64,000 nucleotides of DNA from Sphagnum compactum (lineage: Eukaryota), in assembly GCA_965153455.1 (NCBI GenBank), contig OZ234493.1:19396213-19460212 (forward strand), written 5' to 3'. Numbering within the stretch: position 1 is the stretch's first letter; the number at the start of each line of letters is the position of its first letter. The notes under the pieces are model-generated. The model was not told the origin of the DNA, ran no database searches, and worked only from the letters and a program-made list of their open reading frames with translations. This document shows positions 13,201 to 24,426 of this stretch, one piece after another. Both the position numbers and the translations under genes were made by a program.

Positions 13201-13705
13201 TTGCAAGTTGAAAGAACTACCTTCATCTATTGGCCAATTGAATGCACTCCCAAAGCTTCATTTGTCAAATTGTTCCAAGTTGAAAGAACTACCTTCATCT
13301 ATTGGTCAATTGAATGCACTCCAAAAGCTTGATTTGCGAGGGTGTGTCAACTTGGAAGAACTACCTTCATCTATTGGCCAATTGACTGCACTCCTAGAGC
13401 TTGTTTTATCATGGTGTTCCAATTTGAAAGAATTACCTTTATCTATAGGCCAATTGAATGCACTTCAAAAGCTTGATCTCAAACAGTGTTCCAAGTTGAA
13501 AGAACTACCTTCATCTATTGGCCAATTGAATGCACTCCAAGAGCTTGATTTATCATTGTGTTCCGAGTTGAAAGAACTACCTTCATCTATTGGCCAATTG
13601 AATGCACTCCAAAAGTTTGATTTGTACGGTTGTTCCAACTTGAAAGAATTACCTTTATATATTGGCCAATTGAATGCACTCCCAAAACTTGATTTGTCAA
13701 ACTAG
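7256..13705 (+). CDS. Hydrolase-NLR (alpha/beta-hydrolase + NB-ARC + LRR) spliced gene. Exons: 7256-7411 (tentative), 8415-8713, 9432-9840, 10441-10593, 10762-11820, 12008-13705. About 1,205 aa without exon 1, about 1,257 aa with it.
   Basis: GT..AG introns with matching phases join the ORF-track fragments into one frame. Hydrolase motifs: VFFHG, WPEKWLPEDL, RILSLSYDS, nucleophile elbow AYSFGG, FYGVPHSG, LVPYASA, DANHLTICKP (SERAC1/PGAP1/SesB-like). NB-ARC motifs: GMGGIGKTT, VLVVVDDV, GLPL, FLDIACFF, IHE. About 21 LRRs of 24 aa. Exon 1 is inferred only from a phase-0 donor. Confidence 0.9.
8415..10593 (+). CDS. N-terminal alpha/beta-hydrolase domain exons (3 exons) of the hydrolase-NLR
   Basis: Acceptors end at 8414, 9431 and 10440; donors start at 8714, 9841 and 10594. 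The HG oxyanion motif, the A-Y-S-F-G nucleophile Ser and the His in NHLTICKP are all present. Confidence 0.88.
10055..10249 (+). repeat. ~100-bp tandem duplication within an NLR intron
   Basis: ttcatcaaatcaattccatataaa...taagattcatgagattaaaaaccaata occurs twice. Confidence 0.85.
10762..11820 (+). CDS. NB-ARC exon of the hydrolase-NLR
   Basis: P-loop GMGGIGKTT, Walker B VLVVVDD, RNBS-B variant SRVLVNCR, GGLPL, RNBS-D FLDIACFF, MHD variant YIHEQLRDMG. Bounded by gacag| at 10761 and |gttgtc at 11821. Confidence 0.95.
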
Positions 13706-15480
13706 TCCAACTTGAAAGAACTATCTTCATCTATTGGCCAACACTTCAAAAGCTTGATTTGAAAAGGTGTTCCGAATTCAAAGAACTACCTTCATCTATT
13801 GGACAATTGAATGCACTCAAAAACCTTGATTTATCATGGTGTTCCAAATTGAAAAAATTACCTTTATCTATTGACGAATTGAATGCACTCCAAGAGCTTG
13901 ATTTGTTAGGGTGTTCCGAGTTGAAAGAATTACCTTCATCTATTGGCTAATTGAATGCACTCCAAAACCTTAATTTGTATGACTGTTGCAAATTGAAAGA
14001 ACTACCTTCATATATTGGCCAACAGAATGCACTCAAAAACCTTGATTTATCATGTTGTTCCGAGTTAAAAGAATTACCTTCATCTATTGGCGAATTGAAT
14101 GCACTCCAAGAGCTTGATTTGTTAGGGTGTTCCGAATTGAAAGAACTACCTTCATCTATTGGCCAATTGAATGCACTCCAAGAGCTTGATTTGTTAGGGT
14201 GTTCTGAATTAAAAAAACTACCTTCATCTATTGGCCAATTGAATGCACTCCCAAAGCTTGATTTGTGCGAGTGTTTCAAGTTCAAATAACTACCTTCATC
14301 TATTGGCCAATTGAATGCATTCCAAAAGCTTAATTTGGAAAGGTGTTTCGAGTTGAAAGAACTACCTTCATATATTGGCCAATTGAATGCACTCCAAAAC
14401 TTTGATTTATTGTTGTGTTTCGAGTTGAAAGAATTACCTTCATATATTGGCCAACAGAATGCACTCAAAAACCTTGATTTATCATGGTGTTCCAAGTTGA
14501 AAGAATTACCTTCATCTATTGGCCAATTGAATGCACTCCAAAAGTTTAATTTGGAAAGGTGTTCCAAGTTGAAAGAACTACCTTCATCTATTAGCCAATT
14601 GAATGCATTTCAAAAGCTTGATTTATCATGGTGTTCCGACTTGAAAGAACTACCTTCATCTATTAGCCAATTGAATGCATTCCAAAAGCTTGATTTATCA
14701 TGGTGTTCCGACTTGAAAGAACTACCTTCATCTATTGGCCAATTGAATGCAGTCCAAGAGCTTGATTTATCATTGTGTTCCAAGTTGAAAGAATTACCTT
14801 CATCTATTGGCTAATTGAATGCACTCCAAAAGCTTGATTTGTGCGAGTGTTCCAAGTTGAAAGAACTACCTTCATCTATTGGCCAATCAATGTACTCCAA
14901 GAACTTGATTTGTCAAGGTGGGCCAAGTTGAAAGAATTACCTTCATCTATTGGCCAATCAATGTATTCCAAAAACTTAATTTGTCAAGGTGTGCCAACTT
15001 GAAAGAACTACCTTCATCTATTGGTGAATTGAATGCATTCCAAAAGCTTTATTTATAAAATTTCTCCAACTTGAAAGCATTGTGAAAAAAATACATTCAT
15101 GTATGGGTGAATTGAATGCATTCAAAGTGTTTTATTTGTCAAGGTGTTCCAACTTGAAATAAGTATTTTCATCTATTGGTCAATTGGGTACATTTCAAAA
15201 GCTTCATTTGTCAAAGTGTTCTAACTTGAAAAAACCATTTTCATCTATTGGTCATTGAATGCACTTGAAAATCTTGATTTGTGTGAACATTTCAACTTGC
15301 AAAAATTACTTACATGTACATTGGCCAATTGAATGCACTCTAAAAGTTTTAGTTGTGTGAACTTAATTTGTACAAGCTTGTAGGAATTACTTACGTTTAT
15401 AGGCCAATTTAATGCAATCAAGGAACTTAATTTGTTAAGGTGTTTCAATTTTAAATAATTACCTTCATTTGTTGCCAATT
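12235..15480 (+). repeat. 72-bp (24 aa) LRR tandem array of about 45 units. About 21 are in frame before TAG at 13703-13705; the rest are degenerate.
   Basis: Unit consensus ttgaaagaactaccttcatctattggccaattgaatgcactccaaaagcttgatttatca...tgttccaac = LKELPSSIGQLNALQKLDLSxCSN. Confidence 0.97.
13706..15480 (+). pseudogene. Degenerate LRR tail downstream of the first stop
   Basis: 7-bp deletion at about 13741, TAA stops at 13948, 14287 and 14812, further indels after about 14888, and increasing divergence toward 15480. Confidence 0.85.
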
Positions 15481-16399
15481 GAATCATTAGTAGGAAACCC
15501 CTCTTTTTTAACCAACCTGCTTCAACTTGACATCATCTTCAACTACATTTCAATTGTAATTTGTGAACATTTAAAATTTATTCACAATTGCCAAGTAAAT
15601 TGAGCCGTCTATTCTTTTGGTGGACAAATGAAGGCGAAAACCAACTATTTTGAAGTTCATGGAATATTCGTAGCAGCCCCATGGTCTACAATTGAATTCT
15701 AATTGAATTCTAGTCAAACATCTCAGGGTGGTGTGTCCTATGTTCAACTATTTTGGTCAATTACAAAAAATAGTGATGGATGATAGATCACACATGGATG
15801 GATGACATTGAGATTGGGATTAATGTTTTGTTGCAAGTGCACATCAGGACTATCTTTGGACTATGACCTACAAGTTGAAAGGCAAAAGATGAATGTTGGG
15901 CACTTTTACATACTATGTCAACACCTCAATTGCAAGTGCTACTTAGTAAGCATGACAATAACCATTGTGCCATGCTCTAGAAACATTGGTATATATGCAT
16001 GGTTCTAGTTTTAAGAAACAAATATTTATTGAGGTTTTCAAAACCAACAAACCCATAATGATGAAAATATGTTCCTTTTCTTTGAAAGACCCTAATAATT
16101 AAATTTTGAAAACTATCAAGTTAATTGGTGATTTGTCGGAAACATTCAAATCCTAAGTTCCATGATAGATGGTGGGCAAAAATGATTTAGCTTCCAAAAC
16201 AACATTATTCACATCAGGATGTGACCTTTCACCCAACTCCTTATTAAAAGAAATTTGGTAGTGAGAAAAGTTTCAAGGTTTAGGATCTTAAAACATTTCT
16301 ACATTTAGATGACATTTATAAATTAGTACAATTTAGATCAAATTGTAAACACCTATGGATTGTGAAAAGGCCCAACCAAGCTCATTATGTAATGACCCC

Positions 16400-18520
16400 A
16401 TTTGTTATATTCAACTCAAAAGAAATTGAAATTAGTAAACATCATCAACAAGCCCATAAAACAACCAAACAATATTGTTGTGATATCAAAAAGGGGAATA
16501 TGCCAACTTAACAACTTTGGAATGCTTGAGGTTTTATAAAAAGGATTTTGACATATTAAAATAGGAACAATGCTTACAAATTTTGCAAAAGCCACCAAAA
16601 GTTCGATGCGTCTATTTTGCATTTGTAAACCACCTGCATTCTCAATGCACAAAAAGATGTGGCTTAGGGTATGAACTCCTCACCAGACAGCCTAGTTGTT
16701 TTTTCTCTTTCAACTTCATTTTTGAAGTTCACAACCTCCTACCAAAGCTCTAAAACCCAAGAACATGTGAAACTTCTTTCCACATAAGGGGCATTAATTT
16801 TCAAGGCTTGTGATCAAGTGAAAATCCCATTGAGCATGAGCTTTTGCACATTTGTTTTTTCTCCTTTTGCATGTGGAGCAATATTTGTCACGACCCTGCC
16901 TGGCTTGCAACCAAGGCAAAGGCATGAAAAGGTGCGGGTCGAGAGTGCAACCCAAGAGTCACATTTGCATTCCTGGGAGTGTGAGTGACAATGTGAAGGA
17001 ATGAACCACACACTCCCAAGCGGACTCCCACTTTGGGAGTTGGAATCCCTATGGAATCCCGAATTTTCAAAGAGTGATTTTAGGGGCAAAAATTCATTGG
17101 ACTAAAAATTTCCTCATACCATTGAAAAGTTCTTGAAACTTAAATGTTTAATATGAGTTCGCATGACTCATTTGAATACTTAAGACACAAGATATGGCCA
17201 AAAGAAAGGTTGGGAATCAAAGTGCCAATTTGACTTTTGACCATTAAAAGTTGAGAATCGCTCTAAAATACATGCGTACGGGTGGCGTGCCACATATCGT
17301 TGGAAAGTTCTTGATGAGAATTACAACTTTTCCTTAGACCTCACGTTAATCGGAAGTCTACACAATAAGTTATCGGCCTCCAAAGTGTCAGAGGTCCTAA
17401 TTTCGAGAATTTCGGGACTCTTAACTCGGGAGCTTGGGAAAAATGAATTTTGAATGCAACCCTTGTGGTTAATCATAAAGAATACTATAATGAGGAAGGT
17501 GGTGGCTTTTCGAAAGTTCGGGCCATGGTGAGTCTTGTGAGTCTGTGTATGCCCGTGACTCGTCCATGCACCAACTATGCACTAACCAAGTTGTTTGGTT
17601 TGTATACGTTTTGTGTGAATAGTTAACTCACTTGTCACTTGTTTAAACCGCATCCTGGAGCTCCAGCACGCCCCTCTTACCTTTGAAGTGTTGCGAGTTT
17701 AGGACCGTACCCCAACTCCTTTTTTTGTTGTTTTCACCTTCAAACTCGCATTTGAATCTTTCAAGGAGTTTGGGGTTGCGTCAATATTAGATACTTCTCC
17801 ATTAAGTTTATAACACCTAGTACATGTCAAGGCAGAACACCCTTTGACTAGTTGAAATGCATTACCATAATTTTGCTCCATGAACATACATGCAATTTTT
17901 TCGAGTATCTTATTTAAGCTAATGTACCCAAGGGGGTCATAGTTTCCAGCTTTTAAATATTTTTTTTAAGTTTGACACATTAGTGCGAAAACCTGAATGT
18001 CTTTCAATTAGGCAAATAATTAAGTCAGTATTTTCATAGGAACTCCTCACTAGATAATCCAAATAGAACTAAAGGAAACCCTAGCTAGATAATTACTCCA
18101 TAAATTTTGTTAAAAACCAAGCTCCCAACTAATTCTACAAGAAGCTCAAAATGTGGAAATGATGGGAGTTTGCTGGAAATAAAAAAAGAAGAAGAATTGT
18201 GGGTGGGTAATGGGTACCTCTCCAATGAAAGGGAAACCAAAGGTAAAAGCAACCTCATGAGCCATAGAGATGTACATCTCCCCTCATGTTTCAGTCCTTA
18301 GAGTTTTTAGAAAAAGAGGAAAAAAAGAAGCTGCTAGGAAGAAAAGGTTAGTTTCAGCCTCCCTGGATTCTGAGTCCAAAATTGCAATGCATTGGCCTTT
18401 CGTCATGGCCTCTAGAATTACACTCAAAGCTTGCTCCTCCATACTTTGTGTCTGAATTCTAACACTCAAATCAAACCTTGGGTTTTTCTTTATTGGAGGT
18501 CCAAGAAAAAGAAGAGACAA
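16400..18520 (-). mobile_element. Highly decayed LINE-like ORF2 3' remnant interrupted by the solo LTR
   Basis: Minus-strand fragments KLW*CISTSQRV and YCSTCKR..HAQWD resemble the zf-RVT region (CxxC..H..W.C) of L1-type elements. Many stops; boundaries approximate. Confidence 0.35.
16886..17783. mobile_element. Solo LTR (898 bp)
   Basis: TGTCACGACCC ... GGGGTTGCGTCA termini with a perfect 5-bp TSD ATATT (16881-16885 and 17784-17788) and no internal coding region. Confidence 0.88.
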
Positions 18521-19164
18521 CTCTTGAAAGACAAGTTCTAGAGGTTGTTCGAGTCATGAGCTCCTCTTACATCCTTTTCTTCGCAACATTGGAGTTAAAT
18601 ATAGTCGACAAAGAAAAAAAAAACAAGATGCGATTCATGTGGGACAACAGATCGATCCGTCGATGATCAATCCTTCCCAAATGCAAATCGTCATCTTGTT
18701 CCCAAATGAAGATTACATTATTAGTAACAATGTGGAATGTCATTGTTGTTGCATCACTATAGCAAAATAATTTTAGTCTACTGGATTGATTAAAAGCTTA
18801 CACCTTCTATGGTTGTTCATGCTTGGTGCTTCCTTACCTTCCCGACCACAATGAACCAACACCCACCAGTGCACCGTGAAGGATGAATGATAAATGGTCA
18901 TGAAATAATTTTTTGTTGAGTTTCAATTCCTTGGCTAACCATGGTGGTTACCTTAGTTGTTGTTTTTTTTCCCTACCTTCCTACTAACAACCCACAAGCA
19001 GGTTGTTAATAGGTAGGTAGTAAAAACAACCTTTACATATGTATAAATAAACCATCTACTTACCTAATAGTTATTATTTTCCTATCGACCTACTTATGCA
19101 TGAGACCTATTTCCTATCACAAAATTTCTTGGCATTTATATATTTGATGGTGAGTTTCACACAC

Positions 19165-19372
19165 CTTTTCATACCTTGGTGGTTTTGTACCACTTGGCAT
19201 TTACATTTATGAGGATTTTGCCACCTTCTTTCCATACCTTGGTGGTTTTGTAAAATTTTGCATTACATTTATGATGAGTTTGTCACCCTTTTGCATATAC
19301 ATTCTTGAGGAGTTTACCACCCTCTTTCCAATATACCATGGTGGTTTTGTAAGCCTTGGCATTTACATTTAC
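19165..19372. repeat. Degenerate ~60-bp tandem repeat
   Basis: Recurring ataccttggtggttttgta...ttggcatttacatttatga units. Confidence 0.6.
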
Positions 19373-22300
19373 ATAGAGTACTCTAAGAAAAGTTTTAATG
19401 CATTTGGAGGGCACCTATATCGCATCAATTTCCCTCCTAAAAAATGGGAGGGATATTATGCGTACTACTCAAAAGTGGGAGGGTTATTAGACCTAAAAGT
19501 AGGCATAATATCCCTCTCACTCCTATGCCTCATGACCTATATAGATTTGGTTCATGATAAATTTTGGTTCATGTTTTATGGTAGGTAAAGCGCATGGGTG
19601 GGGGATATTCCCAAAATGTGGGGCTCGACTTGGCTATTGCTTCATCCTAGACCCCTTATTTTGAGAATGCCCCTATCTTAGGACTTTACTTACACGAGAA
19701 ACTTGGAATAGGGAAATTTGAAAGAACAAACTAAATCTAAAACTCTATCCAAACTCATCACTTTAAGATTTTTTTAAATTCTAAGAACCTTACAAAAGTG
19801 GAAAGTATCTTTCCTAATCAAATTGGGATCAACCCCAAATGGAAGAAGGCTCATTTATATTTTGAAATTTCACATTTCACTAAAAAAATTGATTGAAAAA
19901 TGCATGGAATTTTTTTGAAAGGTTATTTACATTTTCTGTCATTATGTTTTTCTTCCCAATGAAGATGTTTGGTGCATTTGTGTTTCACCCAAGGTAGATC
20001 TAAATTCGCTTCAACTTTTCCCAATACTGGTCAAAGTAATGCACCAAATTTAACAATCATCATGTGTGTCCTTTCATTTCCATCATTTACCATTTGTCAA
20101 CACGATTTGAATGTGGATGCTTTGGGGACAAAAATTGTGTCATCCATTTCTTTGCTAAAGGTTTGAAATTTAAGCTTCAAAATAAAGGATTTTGTTATTG
20201 AATATCTTGTGAGTAAAATAAGGATAAAACTACCACAATTTTACTTTGTGGATACTTCATGTGAAGGGTTAATTGATTTCACTTCTTGAATTCAACATTT
20301 GAAATGTGCATCAACAATATTTTGTTGCCCTTGTCTATATACGACATAAGGTTCAATTATGTTCACTTGGTAGTCCTCATATCCTTACTATCTATATCAC
20401 ATGAACACATTCCAACTCTCAAAATGCATTGCAACTATGTTAAAAGTGATTCAAATATATACATATCAAAATTGATCATCAACATCACCCACTTCCTTAG
20501 CTCACTCACAACCTACCCATTTTGAGATGGTAGGAGCAGCCACAAATGGATGACAAACAAAACAAAACAAAACCAAGTAAAAGAAAACACATCAAAACTT
20601 GTGGGACTGTCTGATCAACTTAGCCATAACACATGTGGCAATGGAGATGGAGCAACAACAAACAAATTGCCAAGAAGAGGGAAAACAAAAATGTTCAAAT
20701 GTATTGAATCTTACATCAACCCACTTCTTTAGCTTGACTAGAACCCCTTTGATAACAAAGATGGCAAGAGTAGTAATAAATGAAAGGAGGATGAAAAAAA
20801 AGCCAAAAATGTGTGGAAGCATGAGCTAACATGTTTCCCTTAGTTCAACCACTGATTCTTCTGGCAACAAAAATGATAGGAGGGGGGAAAAAAACTAAAA
20901 AAATATTGAAATTTTGTGAAAGCTTGTGCCAACTTCCTCTTTAGGTCGGCCACCTCTTCCACAATAGAACAACAATATGAACAATGACTCCATTTGAGTA
21001 AAATTGGCATACCTAGATAAAATTTTAGGTACGCTTGCATTCAATGAATTAAAAGTTATTTTTGGAAAAAAAATTTTATCATGTACCTCAAATGGCTACA
21101 TGAAAGAGTTATGGATGAATATTTAATTGTGAAAGGATCACAAGAGGTGTCAGCAAATTTGCACATAAATGTAAAGTTGCATATTATCAGTTAATTACAT
21201 CTAGTTGTGTGTTTGATTAAATCCATCACTTGGATGTTACAAAATGAAAAAGTCAATGACCAAAGAGGGATATAAAAGTTAAAATAGACACAGACACATG
21301 GAATTGACAATAGGATTATTAAATCATGGTGCTGCGAAGACAAGGGCAATGGTAGATCCTTGTTACCAAGTCATAAAACAATTTGCACTACTTGAAAAAA
21401 ATATATAAATGAAACATTACACACATCAGTGATTTCCTTGCAATAATTATGGTGTTCACCATGTTTCATGCCTGATAGTGCATCACATGCATCACATGCA
21501 TTTGTACACCTTATGTGTCATGAGCACATATTCATAACTATCGGGAAAATGATGTCATCCAAATATTGCAACACCTTCTGCCCTTGCTCAAATTTCACAT
21601 GCCCCAAAAATCATTGCATCCCAAGCAACAACATCACAGAATCTCAATCACAACATTTTGGCCACATATCAAGCAACAAACAAGAGCTGAAACCCATAAT
21701 AAGTTTTTAGCAACTAAAAGGACAATCCATAAATATGGCAAATGTCTTAGTGACCCAAACTTCTTCTGGAAAATCAGGACTACAATTTACTATAACAACT
21801 CTAAGCTCAAATGATCCCCATACCCCCACATCCAGAACACCAACCAATGGAACTCCACATTCCCCAAAGGCTAGTGTTAACAACCCTAGTAACTTTGAAA
21901 ATCCATCTTCCAATTCTTATGATTACACCCAAGTGGCCAACATATCCCCACTTCTAATCTTAAAAGGAAGAGTAACCATAATGGATAAACTAAAAGTGAA
22001 GGTGAAGAACATGTATCCTTAAGCACATGCATGCACGCTAGCCATAGGTTTACTTGCTTGTGTCATACACCAACACAACAAGGACAATATCGCAACAATG
22101 GCAGGAGTAAAGAGAAGAAAAACCCATCCATTAATGAGATGATTTCAATCACCATCCACTAGCCAATCATTGATCATGACAATTGATCAACGATTAAAGT
22201 CCCCTGAGGCTTTAAATTGATGTCCAACAAATAATTCATTTCTTCACTAAGAGTATCTAGATCCATGCCTAGCCCCAAACCCTTGAAAGAGACACAATTT

Positions 22301-22692
22301 TGTCAACTTGTAGATGAGTTTCCTAATGCTAGAGTTCCCTGAAACGTATATAACCTAGTGGAGCTAAAACATTAACAAATGCATGATTGTTTCAAGACCT
22401 CCTACCACCTATACTGAAACTACTTCATTTTTAGCAAATGAATTATTATCAATAGCCCTTATTATATGTGGTCAACCTATTTTTTTTCAAGAGATGACAT
22501 GAACACACAACATGAGGAATGTTCCATTTATCAATATTTGTGTAATAGGAGATAGACAACAAAAAGGAAAGACAATAATAACTCACAATTTGTGTAGGAA
22601 TGCCAACCTTCAGAAGACTTTTAGTACAATGTAGTAATAAGCCAAAAATTAAACCACAAAAAATGAAAACCTTCCACAACTATAAGTTGTCT

Positions 22693-23436
22693 TGTGACCG
22701 AACAACGGGTCACTGGTTTTCTTTTTGCTTCTTGCCGGTGAGAGGATGCGAACTGAGACGAGGATCAGACTCGCCGCCTCATTCATGAGTGGCGGCGGAT
22801 CATGATCAATTTCGGAATTCGGATGGCTAGGGTATGCATGGGCTGCATGGCAAGAGCTGTCTAGAGGATGGCGCTTCATGAATTCCAGTGCGGCGCTGCA
22901 TTCATGAGGGAGGATGGGCGCGAGTAAGATAGCTTGGGGATGAAGCCAAGCGAGGCAGCTAAGTAGAGAGGATAGTGAGTGTTGGGAAGACAGTTAGGTG
23001 ATGGGACAGAAGTTCTGTGAGGAGGTTAGGCTGATTGTTGTTTTTCTCTTCCGCTGCGATTTGCAATCGGCCAGACCCTGGCTTCTGTCATGGTGATGCT
23101 CGGTTAGCACCACAGAGCTGGTAGATTTTGGTAGTAAGAGGGATGTGGGCGCTTGCGCTGTCGAGGAAGCTGTAAATATCAAAGTGTGAATGAGGAATTG
23201 CGTTGTTTCTTTCATGCCTCTGTTGCTTTGTGTGAGTGGACAGTTCAGTCGAATGAGTCCTGCATTCATGTTGTGGTGCGATTCGATCAGAAGTTGAGCA
23301 GGCAGAGACTCAGTGTCTGGAGTTTGTGTTGTGTTTGTGTGCATCTCAGTCGATCTGTGGTTTCGATCGGATGTGCTCCTGCTAGGGCAAAGAGAGGGAT
23401 CCGATTGTCTTCTGGGTCTCCTCCTTTTTGGTATCA
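22693..23436 (+). repeat. 5' LTR
   Basis: TGTGACCG...TGGTATCA. About 13 differences from the 3' LTR by eye, 11 of them transitions. Confidence 0.93.
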
Positions 23437-23440
23437 GAGC
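23429..23440 (+). promoter_or_regulatory. Primer-binding site complementary to the 3' end of initiator tRNA-Met
   Basis: TGGTATCAGAGC. Confidence 0.9.
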
Positions 23441-23506
23441 ATGGTTGCGTTGTCTGAGAGATCGGTGATATAGATAGATGTCTGAAGAGGATGAACTTTA
23501 GAAGTC

Positions 23507-24164
23507 ATGTCTTCTACTAGCGGTGAGGAAGTTCCCATAGAAGCATTGACACAGGGGGATCGTGAGCTGAATCTCGTTAGTAGATTTGATTTCTATACTG
23601 TGCAGAACGGCCCTCAAAGAGGAGCGGCAATTCTACGATTTTTAGGATTTGGTGTTGTGAGGTTAGTGGGGATAGATCCCGACGCAGCTAAAGTAGGGGA
23701 CATCGCTGTTGAAATAGTTCACAGTGGGTTCTACACAAGAGCCATAGTTTCGTTGAAGGTCACTAATGGAGCAGGAGCCTGGGCTCACACATCAGAGCTG
23801 CAGGAGCACTGCTACTACACTTCCTACCTTGCGTAGGATCGCTCCTGCGTTTTCAAAGAGACAAGAGGCGATTCCAAGACTTGGGGACATCTGGGTGCCA
23901 AAGTCTGCAATATCACCGAATCATTTTGTGCGACTGTTCATACCCGGGATAGAGGACCTGTTTCAGGAGGGAGATCGAGTGATTCGAGTGGAGCATAGCG
24001 GCTCCAGATCACGTCTCATTGGCTGGAGAGTTTGGCGTACCAAGGAAGGAGAGTGGAAGTTTCAGCAAGAGTCGACTGATGAACAGAAATTTTCCACTGT
24101 TCCAGCTGTCTTTCCACCATTGAAGCCCATCCATGAAGGAGTGCAGGCTGAATTTGATGGGTGA
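23507..24164 (+). CDS. Extra ORF upstream of gag, unknown function (about 218 aa if one +1 frameshift near 23830 is corrected)
   Basis: Two overlapping ORFs (23507-23836 and 23766-24164) join as ...HCYYTSY|LRRIAPAF... after removing one C. Composition looks globular; GC content matches the element's coding region. Confidence 0.6.
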
Positions 24165-24426
24165 CTCAGACGGATGTCGTTTTTGTTTCAAAAGCTAGAA
24201 CTGAATTACCAGAGATAAAATTCTGGTTTGATTTTTGCATCTGTTTTCTTCTGTTTTTGAAGTGCTGAGTGTAAGGAAGCTCATTCAGATTTTTGGTGTC
24301 CAGTTTGACGTCTGTTGTTGAAAGTCAGAGTCAAGCAACTTTTGAAGTGTGTACATTGTGATCTCAGGACTTTGTAGTCTGAAGGCGGTTTTGCAATTTT
24401 CTCTGTCTTCATTATACATCTGCAGA

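Noticed and set aside
12226-14567. Long antisense ORFs over the LRR array (230 aa and 206 aa)
   Set aside because: They are a by-product of a 72-bp repeat lacking stops in one reverse frame; no independent gene signals.
20550-22100. Cluster of short ORFs, possibly TE debris
   Set aside because: No assignable domain on either strand. Kept only as the donor site of the 27-bp filler.
22649-23473. ORFs inside the LTRs, duplicated at 30083-30568
   Set aside because: The duplication is explained by LTR identity, and there are no protein features.
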